Source: an uncultured candidate division Zixibacteria bacterium
GTDB lineage: Bacteria > Zixibacteria > MSB-5A5 > GN15 > PGXB01
NCBI GenBank assembly: GCA_963702205.1
Contig: OY969724.1
Coordinates: 2,144,001 to 2,208,000, forward strand
Reading direction: 5' to 3'
DNA length: 64,000 nucleotides
Shown here: piece after piece, positions 60,659-64,000 of the stretch
Numbering within the stretch: position 1 is the stretch's first letter
Layout: the number at the start of each line of letters is the position of its first letter
Made by a program: the position numbers and the translations under genes
Notes under the pieces: model-generated
Told to the model about the DNA's origin: nothing
Databases searched by the model: none
The model's input: the letters and a program-made list of their open reading frames with translations, nothing else

Positions 60659-61972
60659 ATGGCAATGAATGAATACGATCTGGTGATAAAAGGCGGCAGG
60701 ATTATAGACCCGGCGCTCGGGTTCGGCAAAGAAGCGGACATCTTTATCAAGGATGGCACGATACGAAGTGTTCTGGCACCGGTAAAAGCGAAAGCTGAAT
60801 ATCAGGATATGCCTTCGGGAAAAATCATCGACGCGACCGGTAATCTGGTCGTCCCGGGGTTGATTGACATGCACGTGCATCTTCGTGAACCTGGGCGGGA
60901 AGACGAAGAGACGATTGTCACGGGTTGTGAAGCCGCCGCTGCCGGCGGGTTTACGTCGGTGTGTTGCATGCCCAATACCGATCCGATTATAGACAACCAG
61001 GAGACGGTTAAATTCGTTATTTCGCGAGCCCAGGAAGCGGTCGCCAGGGTCTACGTCGTCGCGGCCATTACCAAGAAAAGCGAAGGAAAAGAATTGGCGG
61101 AGATCGGCGATCTGGTTAAAGCGGGGGCGGTGGCTATTTCTGATGACGGCCATTTTCTGCAGAATCCGGAGCTTATGCGCCGGGCTCTGGAATACGCCAA
61201 AATGTTCGATATCCCCATCATTACCCATGCCGAGGACAATTTCCTCTCGGCAGGGGCCATCATGAACGAATCATACCAATCGACTCGCCTTGGCATGAAA
61301 GGCGCCCCGGCCGTGTCCGAAGAAATCGCGGTTCTGCGCGATATAAAGCTGGCGGAGTTCATCGGCGGGCGGGTGCATATCGCGCATGTTTCCACCGCCG
61401 GAGCAGTTTTGGCGATACGTACCGCCAAAGCCAACGGCGTAAAGATAACCGCGGAAGTAACGCCGCATCATTTTACCCTGACCGACGAAGAGATCGGCAA
61501 GAAATTCGACACCAATTTGCGTGTGAATCCACCCCTGCGCACTCGCAAAGACATCGATGCGGTGATCGAGGGTTTGGTCGACGGTACGATCGACTGTATC
61601 TCATCCGACCATGCCCCTCACGCCGAAGAAGAAAAAGACGTGGAATTCGATCAGGCGCCTCCGGGCATGATCGGTTTGGAAACCACGCTCGGGTTGGTTA
61701 AAACATATCTGATCGACAAGGGATTTTTGAACTGGGCCGATGCCATCGGCAAGATGTCGTACAACCCGGCCAGAATCCTTAAGCTGCCCGGCGGCACGCT
61801 CGAATTAGGATCTGTGGCCGATATTACGATTATCGACCCCGAAAAGAAATGGAGGGTCGAACGGAACGGATTCCATTCCAAATCGAAAAATTCGGCGTTT
61901 ATCGGGTGGGAATTAACCGGGCGAGTCAATCGTACCATACTGGCGGGCAAGCCGGTTCACATTTCGAAATAA
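60659..61972 (+). CDS. pyrC: Dihydroorotase
   Basis: DMHVHLREPG, MPNT, NPPLR, SDHAPH. Confidence 0.96.
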   Translation: MAMNEYDLVIKGGRIIDPALGFGKEADIFIKDGTIRSVLAPVKAKAEYQDMPSGKIIDATGNLVVPGLIDMHVHLREPGREDEETIVTGCEAAAAGGFTSVCCMPNTDPIIDNQETVKFVISRAQEAVARVYVVAAITKKSEGKELAEIGDLVKAGAVAISDDGHFLQNPELMRRALEYAKMFDIPIITHAEDNFLSAGAIMNESYQSTRLGMKGAPAVSEEIAVLRDIKLAEFIGGRVHIAHVSTAGAVLAIRTAKANGVKITAEVTPHHFTLTDEEIGKKFDTNLRVNPPLRTRKDIDAVIEGLVDGTIDCISSDHAPHAEEEKDVEFDQAPPGMIGLETTLGLVKTYLIDKGFLNWADAIGKMSYNPARILKLPGGTLELGSVADITIIDPEKKWRVERNGFHSKSKNSAFIGWELTGRVNRTILAGKPVHISK

Positions 61973-62020
61973 CGGGCAAATATGGAAGAGCGGCCTATAT
62001 TTGCCGCTCTTCGCCGAAGA

Positions 62021-63217
62021 TCATTGCGGCCTGGTTATCGAACCCATGAATAAAATCGTTCCCGTATCATTGTCCTGAATAACAAAAAAGTAAGGGTGGT
62101 CCGCCGTGAATGTGAATGTCTCTTCGGGTGCAAGGCTGGTCGCTTTCAACATTATAACAGCCGTAGAGGCGGCCGCTTCGGTGCCTTCTTCGTTGATACT
62201 CACGAAAGCTTTGTGCAGCACGTCGCCGATGTACAGCCCTGATTGCCCCGGCTGAAGCATTTTGCTGAAATTGGCTCGGGGTTCGAAAGCAATTTGCATC
62301 CCCATGCTCTTGAGTATGTCATTTAAATTCAGCTCGTAATCGAGTTTTATTTTCGGGATTGTCACGGTTCCTTTTGCCTGTGATAACTGCCTTCTCCAGT
62401 CATTAATTCTTTGGGTAGTCAGGCTTTTCAGGAATTCCTCGTACGGTTCGCTTTCGTCCGGAAGTACGATTAACATACTCAGATCATCGCCCGAATATGG
62501 CAGCTCGACAATTTGCACGCCGTCCGATTCAGCGTACATAAACTTCTCGGTTTGGGTCATCATGGGAGTCAGGGAAGTATCTCCGTTCAAAAGATGGAAG
62601 GTGCGAATCATCGACTGTCTATTGGGGAATTCGTATTTCCACTGGCCCTTAAAATAAATGGCGTTGAGAAGTACCATGACGGCGTCGGGGCTGAGCCTGT
62701 CGATCATGCGTTTTATGCGGGCGTTGGTTCTGTCACTGACCCACTGATTTATGCGGTTGACGGCTTCCTGATCGAAGGGGAGATTAACGATTTCGGAGTT
62801 GTAGTATGATGCAACCGTGTCCGTGAAGTTTTCATTTACCGGGAAGGAATTTTCGACCCAAATGGAGTTGGCGATATTAAGTCGGCTGTTCGATTCGTTC
62901 GATTCCAGACGTTCAAGAAGGTCATGATTGGCTCGGTTGATGTCGGATAGTTGAAAGCCATCCATTTGGAGAACACGAGCCATGGCATCACGGGTTTCAC
63001 TATCGGCCCCATTGCAGGTCATGGTCAGCGCCAGATCTATCGACAGAGGTGAGAAAAATATGTTGTCCTGATAGCTTTGGTCGACAATGTGTGATAGCAA
63101 ATTAAAGGCGAAGCGATTGCCGGCCTGCGTGATCTCTTGTGCACCGGTATTAATTGACAAGAGTGCAAATACGATAAACGCGGTAGTTAAGGTTTTGTGT
63201 TTCTTAAGGCGGTTCAT
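62021..63217 (-). CDS. Secreted serpin
   Basis: Signal peptide; FFSPLSI, NAIYFKGQW, EEGTEAAA hinge, ADHPYFF; ATG after GGGAGG. Confidence 0.93.
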   Translation of the reverse strand: MNRLKKHKTLTTAFIVFALLSINTGAQEITQAGNRFAFNLLSHIVDQSYQDNIFFSPLSIDLALTMTCNGADSETRDAMARVLQMDGFQLSDINRANHDLLERLESNESNSRLNIANSIWVENSFPVNENFTDTVASYYNSEIVNLPFDQEAVNRINQWVSDRTNARIKRMIDRLSPDAVMVLLNAIYFKGQWKYEFPNRQSMIRTFHLLNGDTSLTPMMTQTEKFMYAESDGVQIVELPYSGDDLSMLIVLPDESEPYEEFLKSLTTQRINDWRRQLSQAKGTVTIPKIKLDYELNLNDILKSMGMQIAFEPRANFSKMLQPGQSGLYIGDVLHKAFVSINEEGTEAAASTAVIMLKATSLAPEETFTFTADHPYFFVIQDNDTGTILFMGSITRPQ

Positions 63218-63283
63218 TCGACCTCCCTGTAATATTTTCAACCTATTTACAATGTATACAGGTTCTTCTGATATTTCTTCCAT

Positions 63284-63310
63284 AAAAAAAGCGGCCTGAC
63301 GGCCGCTTTT
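63284..63310. terminator. Bidirectional intrinsic terminator
   Basis: aaaaaaagcggcc-tgac-ggccgctttt. Confidence 0.85.
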
Positions 63311-63325
63311 GCGAAACCTGTTATA

Positions 63326-64000
63326 TTAAAATAACTTGTATGTAACGCCCAGCGCCAGGGTTTCTTTGAGACGGCCTCTTTTGCTGATTTGTTTATCATA
63401 CAAAAGCTGCGTGTAAAATGTTACCTGAACGTATTTTGTAACCTGGGCGGCAATGCTGTTCTCCCAGTTAATGTCGACCGCCTTCCAGTAGTTTTCAGCT
63501 TCGGTCCCTTTGAATTCATCTTTCTTGGAATAATAGAAGGCCTTGTATGCTGTCAACTTACCCGTATATCCAAGATTGTCAGCCAATACCAGCTTGACAT
63601 CAGTGTTCCATTCCAGACCGCCATCGGTAGAAGATACCGTCCTTGTCGCCCCGGGGTTGGAGGTGTCATCAACGTTGCGATCGATACTTTGCCTGATAGC
63701 CAAACCGAAACGGGTTAATATATCATTTTTTTCTTTTTTAAATAGCTGCCTGGCGATACCGGCCGATTCCGTAAGCAGCATGGGATTGATATATTTCTTG
63801 CGGGTGTCGACCGAGGCATCGAGGAACTGGCTTTCAAGCCGAAAAGCCGCAAAGGGATCGACCCAGGTCTTGAAATCGAATAACCCCACCGATTCAATGT
63901 CAATCTTATCACTTGTTTTTTCGGGTTTTGACCAATGTTTCGTGTCATTGTTTTGACTGACCGTCTGTCCGAAAGACAACTTGACGGTATTTTTCAGCGT
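63326..64000 (-). CDS. DUF3078-like outer-membrane barrel (5' end outside the window)
   Basis: W.K..K.SDKI, P..L.ES.G, WEN.I...V.KY, LLYD, ETL.LG..Y. Confidence 0.7.
   Translation of the reverse strand, partial: TLKNTVKLSFGQTVSQNNDTKHWSKPEKTSDKIDIESVGLFDFKTWVDPFAAFRLESQFLDASVDTRKKYINPMLLTESAGIARQLFKKEKNDILTRFGLAIRQSIDRNVDDTSNPGATRTVSSTDGGLEWNTDVKLVLADNLGYTGKLTAYKAFYYSKKDEFKGTEAENYWKAVDINWENSIAAQVTKYVQVTFYTQLLYDKQISKRGRLKETLALGVTYKLF

Overview
Mostly core-genome bacterial DNA of moderate GC content. Paired PorV-like barrels after an FlgD-Ig/CTD-type protein and a DUF3078-like barrel suggest an FCB-superphylum lineage such as Zixibacteria/KSB1 (inference). Recognisable blocks are: a homoisocitrate/isopropylmalate-type dehydrogenase; a tol-pal operon running into a tandem-DUF2283-like gene, dinB, an accessory dnaE and ligA; an orphan GlmL-like ATPase locus; a ClC channel; a signalling block (STAS, RsbW-like, 7TM-SpoIIE, NUDIX, Omp85-like barrel, GAF-PAS histidine kinase, Ser/Thr kinase-TPR); thyX-nrdJ with a candidate NrdR box; a probable 6S RNA; acpS-pyrE; rfaE1/rfaE2 split by an AT-rich gene; GH57; pepP-accB-pilT-accC-gcvH-gcvPA-x-trx/TPR-gcvPB; a pyrR-pyrB-pyrC operon with a PyrR attenuator; and a secreted serpin. 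Signals the ORF track misses: (1) a 33-aa RiPP-precursor-like or signalling peptide gene (25513-25614) with a strong RBS, structured leader and its own terminator, converging on the kinase-TPR gene; (2) four mosaic clusters of GTAG-headed REP-like hairpins that coincide with local duplications, a truncated gene remnant and an AT-rich insert; (3) a ~180-nt rod-shaped ncRNA. No CRISPR array, cas gene, tRNA, rRNA, transposase or integrase was found. All family calls come from motif recognition by eye, not database searches.
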